Virus record (IMG/VR): IMGVR_UViG_2534682252_000011
Reading direction: 5' to 3' (one strand)
Origin: a virus
Lineage: Duplodnaviria; Heunggongvirae; Uroviricota; Caudoviricetes
Length of the DNA: 6,703 nt
The translations under genes and the position numbers were made by a program. Below the pieces are notes generated by a model, which was not told where the DNA came from, made no database searches, and was given only the letters and a program-made list of their open reading frames with translations. Shown one piece after another: positions 1-6,703 of this stretch (the first letter of the stretch is position 1; each line of letters begins with the position of its first letter).

Positions 1-159
1 TGATTATGGCATTCAGGCTCTGCTAAAAATGCCAGATAACATTCCGGCCTCCCCTGATTCAGGTTATAAATGACACAATATCTTGACAACACCCGTCACT
101 GTCTGTCAGAAAATATACCGCCAGGCATAAGTATCATGTGAAATCCAACTATCCTTCTG

Positions 160-202
160 AGCCAGCACCTCTCCACCGAAAGTCAGTGCTGGCTGTTTTT
201 TT
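160..202 (+). terminator. Putative intrinsic terminator: 8-9 bp stem (161-168 gccagcac / 186-193 gtgctggc), 17-nt loop, followed by gttttttt
   Basis: Perfect inverted repeat read directly from the sequence, followed by a run of 7 T (196-202). It lies in the flank I do not recognise as lambda. The loop is large for a canonical terminator. Confidence 0.4.
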
Positions 203-429
203 CCTTAATAAAGCATCTGTAACTGGTTGTTGTTCTGCGGGTTCTGTTCTTCGTTGACATGAGGTTGCCCCGTATTCAGTGTCGCTGATTTGTATTGTCT
301 GAAGTTGTTTTTACGTTAAGTTGATGCAGATCAATTAATACGATACCTGCGTCATAATTAATTATTTGACGTGGTTTGATGGCGTAGATGCACGTTGTGA
401 CATGTAGATGATAATTATTATCATTTTGC

Positions 430-436
430 GGGTCCT
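430..436. other. cosQ: cosQ-like element (gggtcct) about 24-30 bp upstream of the cosN nick
   Basis: Position relative to the genome right end (459) matches where I recall lambda cosQ to lie. The exact cosQ boundaries are from memory. Confidence 0.4.
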
Positions 437-459
437 TTCCGGCGATCCGACAGGTTACG

Positions 460-471
460 GGGCGGCGACCT
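460..471. other. cosN: cosN: 12-nt cohesive-end sequence gggcggcgacct; right genome end ...cgatccgacaggttacg ends at 459
   Basis: Exact match to the canonical lambda cohesive end GGGCGGCGACCT, preceded by the canonical right-end sequence. Nu1 starts about 190 bp downstream, as in lambda. Confidence 0.85.
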
Positions 472-504
472 CGCGGTTTTTCACTATTTATGAAAATTTT
501 CCGG

Positions 505-625
505 TTTAAGGCGTTTCCGTTCTTCTTCGCCGTAACCTAATGTTTTTATTTAAAACACCCCCTGAAAAGAAAGGAAACGACAGGTGCTGAAAACGGGCTT
601 TTTGGCCTCTGTCGTTTCCTTTCTC
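505..625. promoter_or_regulatory. cosB: cosB: terminase small-subunit binding region with R3 (cgtttcc 512-518), an A/T-rich tract at the expected IHF site I1 (536-558), R2 (ggaaacg 573-579, inverted) and R1 (cgtttcc 613-619)
   Basis: Three copies of the cgtttcc / ggaaacg core in the R3-I1-R2-R1 order and orientation known for lambda, between cosN and the Nu1 start. I could not identify a clean IHF consensus by eye. Confidence 0.65.
568..624. repeat. 16-bp perfect inverted repeat (568-583 / 609-624) with a 25-bp spacer; the arms correspond to R2 and R1
   Basis: 568-583 agaaaggaaacgacag is the exact reverse complement of 609-624 ctgtcgtttcctttct. Confidence 0.8.
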
Positions 626-648
626 TGTTTTTGTCCGTGGAATGAACA

Positions 649-1194
649 ATGGAAGTCAACAAAAAGCAGCTGGCTGACATTTTCGGCGCGAGTATCCGTA
701 CCATTCAGAACTGGCAGGAGCAGGGAATGCCCGTTCTGCGGGGTGGTGGCAAGGGTAATGAGGTACTTTATGACTCTGCCGCCGCCATAAAATGGTATGC
801 CGAAAGGGATGCTGAAATTGAGAACGAAAAGCTGCGCCGGGAAGTTGAAGAACTGAGGCAGGACAGCGAGACAGATCTCCAGCCAGGGACTATTGAGTAC
901 GAACGCCATCGACTTACGCGTGCGCAGGCCGACGCACAGGAACTGAAGAATGCCAGAGACTCAGCTGAAGTGGTGGAAACCGCATTCTGTACTTTCGTGC
1001 TGTCGCGGATCGCAGGTGAAATTGCCAGTATTCTCGACGGGATCCCCCTGTCGGTGCAGCGGCGTTTTCCGGAACTGGAAAACCGACATGTTGATTTCCT
1101 GAAACGGGATATCATCAAAGCCATGAACAAAGCAGCCGCGCTGGATGAACTGATACCGGGGTTGCTGAGTGAATATATCGAACAGTCAGGTTAA
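649..1194 (+). CDS. Nu1: Terminase small subunit gpNu1 (181 aa), intact
   Basis: 181-aa ORF beginning MEVNKKQLADIFGASIRTIQNWQEQGMPV, an N-terminal helix-turn-helix, with the LRGGGKGNEV segment. Near-identical to lambda gpNu1 as recalled. Sits immediately downstream of cosB and overlaps the A start by 26 nt. Confidence 0.95.
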   Translation: MEVNKKQLADIFGASIRTIQNWQEQGMPVLRGGGKGNEVLYDSAAAIKWYAERDAEIENEKLRREVEELRQDSETDLQPGTIEYERHRLTRAQADAQELKNARDSAEVVETAFCTFVLSRIAGEIASILDGIPLSVQRRFPELENRHVDFLKRDIIKAMNKAAALDELIPGLLSEYIEQSG

Positions 1195-2896
1195 CAGGCT
1201 GCGGCATTTTGTCCGCGCCGGGCTTCGCTCACTGTTCAGGCCGGAGCCACAGACCGCCGTTGAATGGGCGGATGCCAGTTACTATCTCCCGAAAGAATCC
1301 GCATACCAGGAAGGGCGCTGGGAAACACTGCCCTTTCAGCGGGCCATCATGAATGCGATGGGCAGTGACTACATCCGCGAGGTGAATGTGGTGAAGTCTG
1401 CCCGTGTTGGTTATTCCAAAATGCTGCTGGGTGTTTATGCCTACTTCATAGAGCATAAGCAGCGCAACACCCTTATCTGGTTGCCGACGGATGGTGATGC
1501 CGAGAACTTTATGAAAACCCACGTTGAGCCGACTATTCGTGATATTCCGTCGCTGCTGGCGCTGGCCCCGTGGTATGGCAAAAAGCACCGGGATAACACG
1601 CTCACCATGAAGCGTTTCACCAATGGGCGTGGCTTCTGGTGCCTGGGCGGTAAAGCGGCAAAAAACTACCGTGAAAAGTCAGTGGATGTGGCGGGTTATG
1701 ATGAACTTGCTGCCTTTGATGAGGATATTGAACAGGAAGGCTCTCCGACGTTCCTGGGCGATAAGCGTATTGAAGGCTCGGTCTGGCCAAAGTCCATCCG
1801 TGGCTCCACGCCCAAAGTGAGAGGCACCTGCCAGATTGAGCGTGCAGCCAGTGAATCCCCGCATTTTATGCGTTTTCATGTTGCCTGCCCGCACTGCGGG
1901 GAGGAGCAGTACCTTAAATTTGGCGACAAAGAGACGCCGTTTGGCCTCAAATGGACGCCGGATGATCCCTCCAGCGTGTTTTATCTCTGCGAGCATAATG
2001 CCTGCGTCATCCGTCAGCAGGAGCTGGACTTTACTGATGCCCGTTATATCTGCGAAAAGACCGGGATCTGGACCCGTGATGGCATTCTCTGGTTTTCGTC
2101 ATCCGGTGAAGAGATTGAACCGCCTGACAGTGTGACCTTTCACATCTGGACGGCGTACAGCCCGTTCACCACCTGGGTTCAGATTGTCAAAGACTGGATG
2201 AAGACGAAAGGGGATACGGGAAAACGTAAAACCTTCGTGAACACCACGCTCGGTGAGACATGGGAAGCGAAGATCGGCGAACGTCCGGATGCTGAAGTGA
2301 TGGCAGAGCGGAAAGAGCATTATTCAGCGTCCGTTCCTGACCGTGTGGCTTACCTGACCGCCGGTATCGACTCCCAGCTGGATCGCTACGAAATGCGCGT
2401 ATGGGGATGGGGGCCGGGTGAGGAAAGCTGGCTGATTGATCGGCAGATTATTATGGGCCGCCACGACGATGAACAGACGCTGCTGCGTGTGGATGAGGCC
2501 ATCAATAAAACCTATACCCGCCGGAATGGTGCAGAAATGTCGGTATCCCGTATCTGCTGGGATACTGGCGGGATTGACCCGACTATTGTGTATGAACGCT
2601 CGAAAAAGCATGGGCTGTTCCGGGTGATCCCCATTAAAGGGGCATCCGTCTACGGAAAGCCGGTGGCCAGCATGCCACGTAAGCGAAACAAAAACGGGGT
2701 TTACCTTACCGAAATCGGTACGGATACCGCGAAAGAGCAGATTTATAACCGCTTCACACTGACGCCGGAAGGGGATGAACCGCTTCCCGGTGCCGTTCAC
2801 TTCCCGAATAACCCGGATATTTTTGATCTGACCGAAGCGCAGCAACTGACTGCTGAAGAGCAGGTCGAAAAATGGGTGGATGGCAGGAAAAAATAA
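1169..2896 (+). CDS. A: Terminase large subunit gpA, reading frame ends prematurely (575 codons, where lambda gpA has 641 as I recall)
   Basis: GTG start at 1169 giving MNISNSQVNRLRHFVRAGL...; contains VVKSARVGYSK. Roughly 99% identical to recalled lambda gpA until ...EKWVDGRKK, then TAA at 2894-2896. Confidence 0.9.
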   Translation: MNISNSQVNRLRHFVRAGLRSLFRPEPQTAVEWADASYYLPKESAYQEGRWETLPFQRAIMNAMGSDYIREVNVVKSARVGYSKMLLGVYAYFIEHKQRNTLIWLPTDGDAENFMKTHVEPTIRDIPSLLALAPWYGKKHRDNTLTMKRFTNGRGFWCLGGKAAKNYREKSVDVAGYDELAAFDEDIEQEGSPTFLGDKRIEGSVWPKSIRGSTPKVRGTCQIERAASESPHFMRFHVACPHCGEEQYLKFGDKETPFGLKWTPDDPSSVFYLCEHNACVIRQQELDFTDARYICEKTGIWTRDGILWFSSSGEEIEPPDSVTFHIWTAYSPFTTWVQIVKDWMKTKGDTGKRKTFVNTTLGETWEAKIGERPDAEVMAERKEHYSASVPDRVAYLTAGIDSQLDRYEMRVWGWGPGEESWLIDRQIIMGRHDDEQTLLRVDEAINKTYTRRNGAEMSVSRICWDTGGIDPTIVYERSKKHGLFRVIPIKGASVYGKPVASMPRKRNKNGVYLTEIGTDTAKEQIYNRFTLTPEGDEPLPGAVHFPNNPDIFDLTEAQQLTAEEQVEKWVDGRKK

Positions 2897-3095
2897 CTGT
2901 GGGACAGCAAAAAGACGACGCAATGAGGCGCTCGACTGCTTCGTTTATGCGCTGGCGGCGCTGCGCATCAGTATTTCCCGCTGGCAGCTGGATCTCAGTG
3001 CACTGCTGGCGAGCCTGCAGGAAGAGGATGGTGCAGCAACCAACAAGAAAACACTGGCAGAATACGCCCGTGCCTTATCCGGAGAGGATGAATGA
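2897..3095 (+). pseudogene. A: Displaced 3' end of A: LWDSKK still in the A frame (2897-2914), then [59 protein letters not shown] in the +1 frame, ending in the ATGA overlap with W
   Basis: Frame-0 ORF 2880..3095 encodes the expected gpA C-terminus and ends exactly at the W start (atg 3092-3094 / tga 3093-3095). Recovering the ancestral protein needs both readthrough of TAA 2894-2896 and a +1 shift near 2915. Confidence 0.7.
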
Positions 3096-4900
3096 CGCGA
3101 CAGGAAGAACTTGCCGCTGCCCGTGCGGCACTGCATGTACCTGATGTACAGGAAAACGGGTGGCAACGGTTACAGAAAGACGGACGGCGAGTGGAGTTTA
3201 CGACCACTTCCGTGTCTGACCTGAAAAAATACATTGCTGAGCTGGAAGTGCAGACCGGCATGACACAGCGACGCAGGGACCTGCAGGATTTTATGTATGA
3301 AAATCGTCCACCATTCCCACCCTTCGTGGGGCCGGACGGCATGACATCGCTGCGTGAATATGCCGGTTATCACGGCGGTGGCAGCGGATTTGGTGGGCAG
3401 TTGCGGGCGTGGAACCCACCGGGTGAAAGTGTGGATGCAGCCCTGCTGCCCAACTTTACCCGTGGCAATGCCCGCGCAGACGATCTGGTACGCAATAACG
3501 GCTATGCCGCCAACGCCATCCAGCTGCATCAGGATCATATCGTCGGGTCTTTTTTCCGGCTCAGTCATCGCCCAAGCTGGCGCTATCTGGGCATCGGGGA
3601 GGAAGAAGCCCGTGCCTTTTCCCGCGAGGTTGAAGCGGCATGGAAAGAGTTTGCCGAAGATGACTGTTGCTGCATTGACGTTGAGCGAAAACGCACGTTT
3701 ACCATGATGATTCGGGAAGGTGTGGCCATGCACGCCTTTAACGGTGAACTGTTCGTTCAGGCCACCTGGGATACCCGTCCCTCGCGACTGTTCCGGACAC
3801 AGTTCCGGATGGTCAGCCCGAAGCGCATCAGCAACCCGAACAATACCAGCGACAGCCGGAACTGCCGTGCCGGTGTGCAGATTAATGACAGCGGTGCGGC
3901 GCTGGGATATTACGTCAGCGAGGACGGGTATCCTGGCTGGATGCCGCAGAAATGGACATGGATACCCCGCGAGTTACCCGGCGGGCGCGCTTCGTTCATT
4001 CACGTCTTTGAACCCGTGGAGGACGGGCAGACCCGCGGTGCAAATGTGTTTTACAGCGTGATGGAGCAGATGAAGATGCTCGACACGCTGCAGAACACGC
4101 AGCTGCAGAGCGCCATTGTGAAGGCGATGTATGCCGCCACCATTGAGAGTGAGCTGGATACGCAGTCAGCGATGGATTTTATTCTGGGCGCGAACAGTCA
4201 GGAGCAGCGGGAAAGGCTGACCGGCTGGATTGGTGAAATTGCCGCGTATTACGCCGCAGCACCGGTCCGTCTGGGAGGCGCAAGAGTGCCGCACCTGATG
4301 CCGGGGGACTCACTGAACCTGCAGACGGCTCAGGACACGGATAACGGCTACTCCGTGTTTGAGCAGTCACTGCTGCGGTATATCGCTGCCGGGCTGGGTG
4401 TCTCGTATGAGCAGCTTTCCCGGAATTACGCCCAGATGAGCTACTCCACGGCACGGGCCAGTGCGAACGAGTCGTGGGCGTACTTTATGGGGCGGCGAAA
4501 ATTCGTCGCATCCCGTCAGGCGAGCCAGATGTTTCTGTGCTGGCTGGAAGAGGCCATCGTTCGCCGCGTGGTGACGTTACCTTCAAAAGCGCGCTTCAGC
4601 TTTCAGGAAGCCCGCAGTGCCTGGGGGAACTGCGACTGGATAGGCTCCGGTCGTATGGCCATCGATGGTCTGAAAGAAGTTCAGGAAGCGGTGATGCTGA
4701 TAGAAGCCGGACTGAGCACCTACGAGAAAGAGTGCGCGAAACGCGGTGACGACTATCAGGAAATTTTTGCCCAGCAGGTCCGTGAAACGATGGAGCGCCG
4801 CGCAGCTGGTCTTAAACCGCCCGCCTGGGCGGCTGCGGCATTTGAATCCGGGCTGCGACAATCAACAGAGGAGGAGAAGAGTGACAGCAGAGCTGCGTAA
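3092..4900 (+). CDS. B: Fused reading frame: head-tail joining protein gpW N-terminus (about 62 aa, no stop) continuous with portal protein gpB; an intact portal could also start at the internal ATG 3293
   Basis: 602-aa ORF starts [15 protein letters not shown]... (gpW), has the SD ggagagg at 3081-3087, and continues without a stop into [23 protein letters not shown]...[10 protein letters not shown] (gpB). The lambda-position W stop tga (3298-3300) and B start atg (3297-3299) are both out of frame here. In-frame ATG at 3293 with agga at 3285-3288 would give a 535-aa portal. Confidence 0.85.
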   Translation: MTRQEELAAARAALHVPDVQENGWQRLQKDGRRVEFTTTSVSDLKKYIAELEVQTGMTQRRRDLQDFMYENRPPFPPFVGPDGMTSLREYAGYHGGGSGFGGQLRAWNPPGESVDAALLPNFTRGNARADDLVRNNGYAANAIQLHQDHIVGSFFRLSHRPSWRYLGIGEEEARAFSREVEAAWKEFAEDDCCCIDVERKRTFTMMIREGVAMHAFNGELFVQATWDTRPSRLFRTQFRMVSPKRISNPNNTSDSRNCRAGVQINDSGAALGYYVSEDGYPGWMPQKWTWIPRELPGGRASFIHVFEPVEDGQTRGANVFYSVMEQMKMLDTLQNTQLQSAIVKAMYAATIESELDTQSAMDFILGANSQEQRERLTGWIGEIAAYYAAAPVRLGGARVPHLMPGDSLNLQTAQDTDNGYSVFEQSLLRYIAAGLGVSYEQLSRNYAQMSYSTARASANESWAYFMGRRKFVASRQASQMFLCWLEEAIVRRVVTLPSKARFSFQEARSAWGNCDWIGSGRMAIDGLKEVQEAVMLIEAGLSTYEKECAKRGDDYQEIFAQQVRETMERRAAGLKPPAWAAAAFESGLRQSTEEEKSDSRAA

Positions 4901-6202
4901 TCTCCCGCATATTGCCAGCATGGCTTTTAATGAGCCGCTGATGCTTGAACCCGCCTATGCGCGGGTTTTCTTTTGTGCGCTTGCAGGCCAGCTTGGGATC
5001 AGCCGCCTGACGGATGCAGTATCCGGCGACAGCCTGACTGCCGGAGAGGCACCCGCGGCGCTGGCGTTATCCGGTGATGATGACGGACCACGACAGGCCC
5101 GGAGTTATCAGGTCATGAACGGCATCGCCGTGCTGCCGGTGTCCGGTACGCTGGTCAGCCGGACGCGGGCGCTGCAGCCGTATTCGGGAATGACCGGTTA
5201 CAACGGCATTATCGCCCGTCTGCAACAGGCTGCCAGCGATCCGATGGTGGACGGCATTCTGCTCGATATGGACACACCGGGCGGGATGGTGGCGGGAGCA
5301 TTTGACTGTGCTGACATCATCGCCCCGTGTGCGAGACATAAAAACCGGTATGGGCGCTGGCCAACGACATGAACTGCAGTGCAGGTCAGCTGCTTGCCAG
5401 CGCCGCCTCCCGGCGTCTGGTCACGCAGACCGCCCGGACAGGCTCCATCGGCGTCATGATGGCTCACAGTAATTACGGTGCTGCCCTGGAGAAACAGGGC
5501 GTGGAAATCACGCTGATTTACAGCGGCAGCCATAAGGTGGATGGCAACCCCTACAGCCATCTACCGGGTGATGTCCGGGAAACACTGCAGTCCCGGATGG
5601 ATGCAACCCGCCGGATGTTTGCGCAGAAGGTGTCGGCATATACCGGCCTGTCCGTGCAGGCTGTGCTGGATACCGAGGCTGCAGTGTACAGCGGTCAGGA
5701 GGCCATTGATGCCGGACTGGCTGATGAACTTGTCAACAGCACCGATGCGATCACCGTTATGCGTGATGCACTGGATGCACGTAAATCCCGTCTCTCAGGA
5801 GGGCGAATGACCAAAGAGACTCAATCAACAACTGTTTCAGCCACTGCTTCGCAGGCTGACGTTACTGGCGTGGTGCCAGCGACGGAGGGCGAAAACGCCA
5901 GCGCGGCGCAGCCGGACGTGAACGCGCAGATCACCGCTGCGGTTGCGGCAGAAAACAGCCGCATTATGGGGATCCTCAACTGTGAGGAGGCTCACGGACG
6001 CGAAGAACAGGCCCGCGTGCTGGCAGAAACCCCCGGTATGACCGTGGAAACGGCCCGCCGCATTCTGGCCGCAGCACCACAGAGTGCACAGGCGCGCAGT
6101 GATACTGCGCTGGATCGTCTGATGCAGGGGGCACCGGCACCGCTGGCTGCAGGTAACCCGGCATCTGATGCCGTTAACGATTTGCTGAACACACCAGTGT
6201 AA
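4881..6202 (+). pseudogene. C: Capsid assembly protease gpC (S49/ClpP-like), split by a net +2 frameshift at about 5323-5344 into ORF pieces 4881..5372 and 5369..6202
   Basis: GTG start 4881 with strong SD gaggagga (4869-4876) and a 20-nt overlap with the B stop, as in lambda. Frame 0 reads ...GAFDCADIIAPCARHKNRYGRWPTT then stops; the gpC continuation PVWALANDMNCSAGQLLASAASRR... is in frame 2. The ORF-track start at 4746 is inside B and is not the real start. Confidence 0.8.
5597..6202 (+). CDS. Nu3: Scaffolding protein gpNu3 (201 aa), nested in-frame in the 3' part of C, intact
   Basis: Internal ATG at 5597 (MDATRRMFAQKVSAYTGL...) sharing the C stop at 6200-6202. Length and position match lambda Nu3. 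It lies downstream of the C frameshift, so it is unaffected. Confidence 0.75.
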   Translation: MDATRRMFAQKVSAYTGLSVQAVLDTEAAVYSGQEAIDAGLADELVNSTDAITVMRDALDARKSRLSGGRMTKETQSTTVSATASQADVTGVVPATEGENASAAQPDVNAQITAAVAAENSRIMGILNCEEAHGREEQARVLAETPGMTVETARRILAAAPQSAQARSDTALDRLMQGAPAPLAAGNPASDAVNDLLNTPV

Positions 6203-6211
6203 GGGATGTTT

Positions 6212-6544
6212 ATGACGAGCAAAGAAACCTTTACCCATTACCAGCCGCTGGGCAACAGTGACCCGGCTCATACCGCAACCGCGCCCGGCGGATTGAGTGC
6301 GAAAGCGCCTGCAATGACCCCGCTGATGCTGGACACCTCCAGCCGTAAGCTGGTTGCGTGGGATGGCACCACCGACGGTGCTGCCGTTGGCATTCTTGCG
6401 GTTGCTGCTGACCAGACCAGCACCACGCTGACGTTCTACAAGTCCGGCACGTTCCGTTATGAGGATGTGCTCTGGCCGGAGGCTGCCAGCGACGAGACGA
6501 AAAAACGGACCGCGTTTGCCGGAACGGCAATCAGCATCGTTTAA
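6212..6544 (+). CDS. D: Head decoration protein gpD (110 aa), intact
   Basis: [27 protein letters not shown]...AISIV, near-identical to recalled lambda gpD. aaggga SD at 6201-6206; starts 9 nt after the C stop, as in lambda. The ORF-track start at 6206 (MFM...) is probably not used. Confidence 0.95.
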   Translation: MTSKETFTHYQPLGNSDPAHTATAPGGLSAKAPAMTPLMLDTSSRKLVAWDGTTDGAAVGILAVAADQTSTTLTFYKSGTFRYEDVLWPEAASDETKKRTAFAGTAISIV

Positions 6545-6561
6545 CCTGACCCTTCATCACT

Positions 6562-6587
6562 AAAGGCCGCCTGTGCGGCTTTTTTTA
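6562..6587 (+). terminator. D-E intergenic hairpin (stem 6566-6570 gccgc / 6575-6579 gcggc, loop ctgt) followed by a run of 7 T; putative attenuator or RNA-stability element
   Basis: Inverted repeat plus T-run read directly from the sequence. Its function is not known to me, and full termination here would be odd because E is needed in amounts similar to D. Confidence 0.3.
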
Positions 6588-6599
6588 CGGGATTTTTTT

Positions 6600-6703
6600 A
6601 TGTCGATGTACACAACCGCCCAACTGCTGGCGGCAAATGAGCAGAAATTTAAGTTTGATCCGCTGTTTCTGCGTCTCTTTTTCCGTGAGAGCTATCCCTT
6701 CAC
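6600..6703 (+). CDS. E: Major capsid protein gpE, 5' partial (first 35 codons; runs off the window end)
   Basis: ATG at 6600 giving MSMYTTAQLLAANEQKFKFDPLFLRLFFRESYPF, matching the lambda gpE N-terminus as recalled. Confidence 0.9.
   Translation, partial: MSMYTTAQLLAANEQKFKFDPLFLRLFFRESYPF

Noticed and set aside
2-73. Open frame running in from the left edge and ending at TGA 71-73, possibly the 3' end of an upstream + strand gene
   Set aside because: Only 23 codons are visible and there is no recognisable motif; it cannot be supported from this window.
84-120. Perfect -35 hexamer ttgaca at 84-89, suggesting a promoter reading toward the 160-202 terminator (possible small-RNA unit)
   Set aside because: No acceptable -10 hexamer at 16-19 bp spacing (106-113 reads tcagaaaa); the nearest TA-rich hexamer is 22 bp away. 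A lone -35 match is expected by chance.
584-790. 68-aa + strand ORF overlapping cosB and the Nu1 start
   Set aside because: It begins inside the R2/R1 terminase-binding repeats and is out of frame with Nu1, which fully accounts for the region.
2850-2896. Programmed +1 ribosomal frameshift at the A-run (aggaaaaaataa) to make full-length terminase
   Set aside because: The conserved residues LWDSKK are still encoded in the original frame after the TAA, so recovering the native C-terminus needs stop readthrough plus a later +1 shift. That fits two mutational lesions, not a single recoding event.
2324-2923. 199-aa ORF on the minus strand inside A; similar antisense or alternate-frame ORFs at 768..1130, 3170..3733, 3354..3707, 3720..4061, 4583..4861, 5198..5560 and 5837..6271
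   Set aside because: All lie wholly within strongly supported head-gene coding sequence, have no SD or start context, and show skewed low-complexity composition typical of shadow ORFs in GC-rich coding DNA.
4746-4880. ORF-track start for C at ATG 4746, extending C by 45 codons
   Set aside because: This stretch is inside the B coding region in another frame. The SD gaggagga (4869-4876) and the recalled lambda gpC N-terminus ([10 protein letters not shown]...) place the real start at GTG 4881.
1-6703. Search for a defence island, toxin-antitoxin pair, CRISPR array, tRNA/tmRNA, integrase, IS element or other cargo
   Set aside because: Every ORF longer than about 150 codons is accounted for by the lambda-type head module. 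No direct-repeat/spacer array, no tRNA-like cloverleaf region and no terminal inverted repeats bounding an insertion were seen. Any cargo would lie outside this window, probably upstream of position 1.

Overview
This window is the cos / head-morphogenesis end of a lambda-like siphophage genome. It is most likely a prophage or a circular/concatemeric assembly, because the phage right end runs straight through cosQ-cosN-cosB into the left end. Layout on the + strand: a flank I do not recognise as lambda, ending in a hairpin terminator (1-223); lambda-type right-end non-coding DNA (224-459); cosN (460-471); cosB; then Nu1, A, W, B, C/Nu3, D and the first 35 codons of E. Encoded proteins are roughly 98-99% identical to lambda as I recall it. 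Three genes are not intact as written: A has a premature TAA plus a +1 shift 65 codons before its expected end; W has lost its stop and reads into portal gene B as one 602-codon ORF; C is split by a net +2 frameshift. The lesions I could place sit in or beside short homopolymer runs, so the alternatives are a decaying cryptic prophage or homopolymer sequencing/assembly error. I see no defence system, toxin, CRISPR array, tRNA or transposable element, and no previously undescribed system; the interesting content is these lesions and the mosaic junction near 224. All homology statements rest on recalled lambda sequences, not on a database search.
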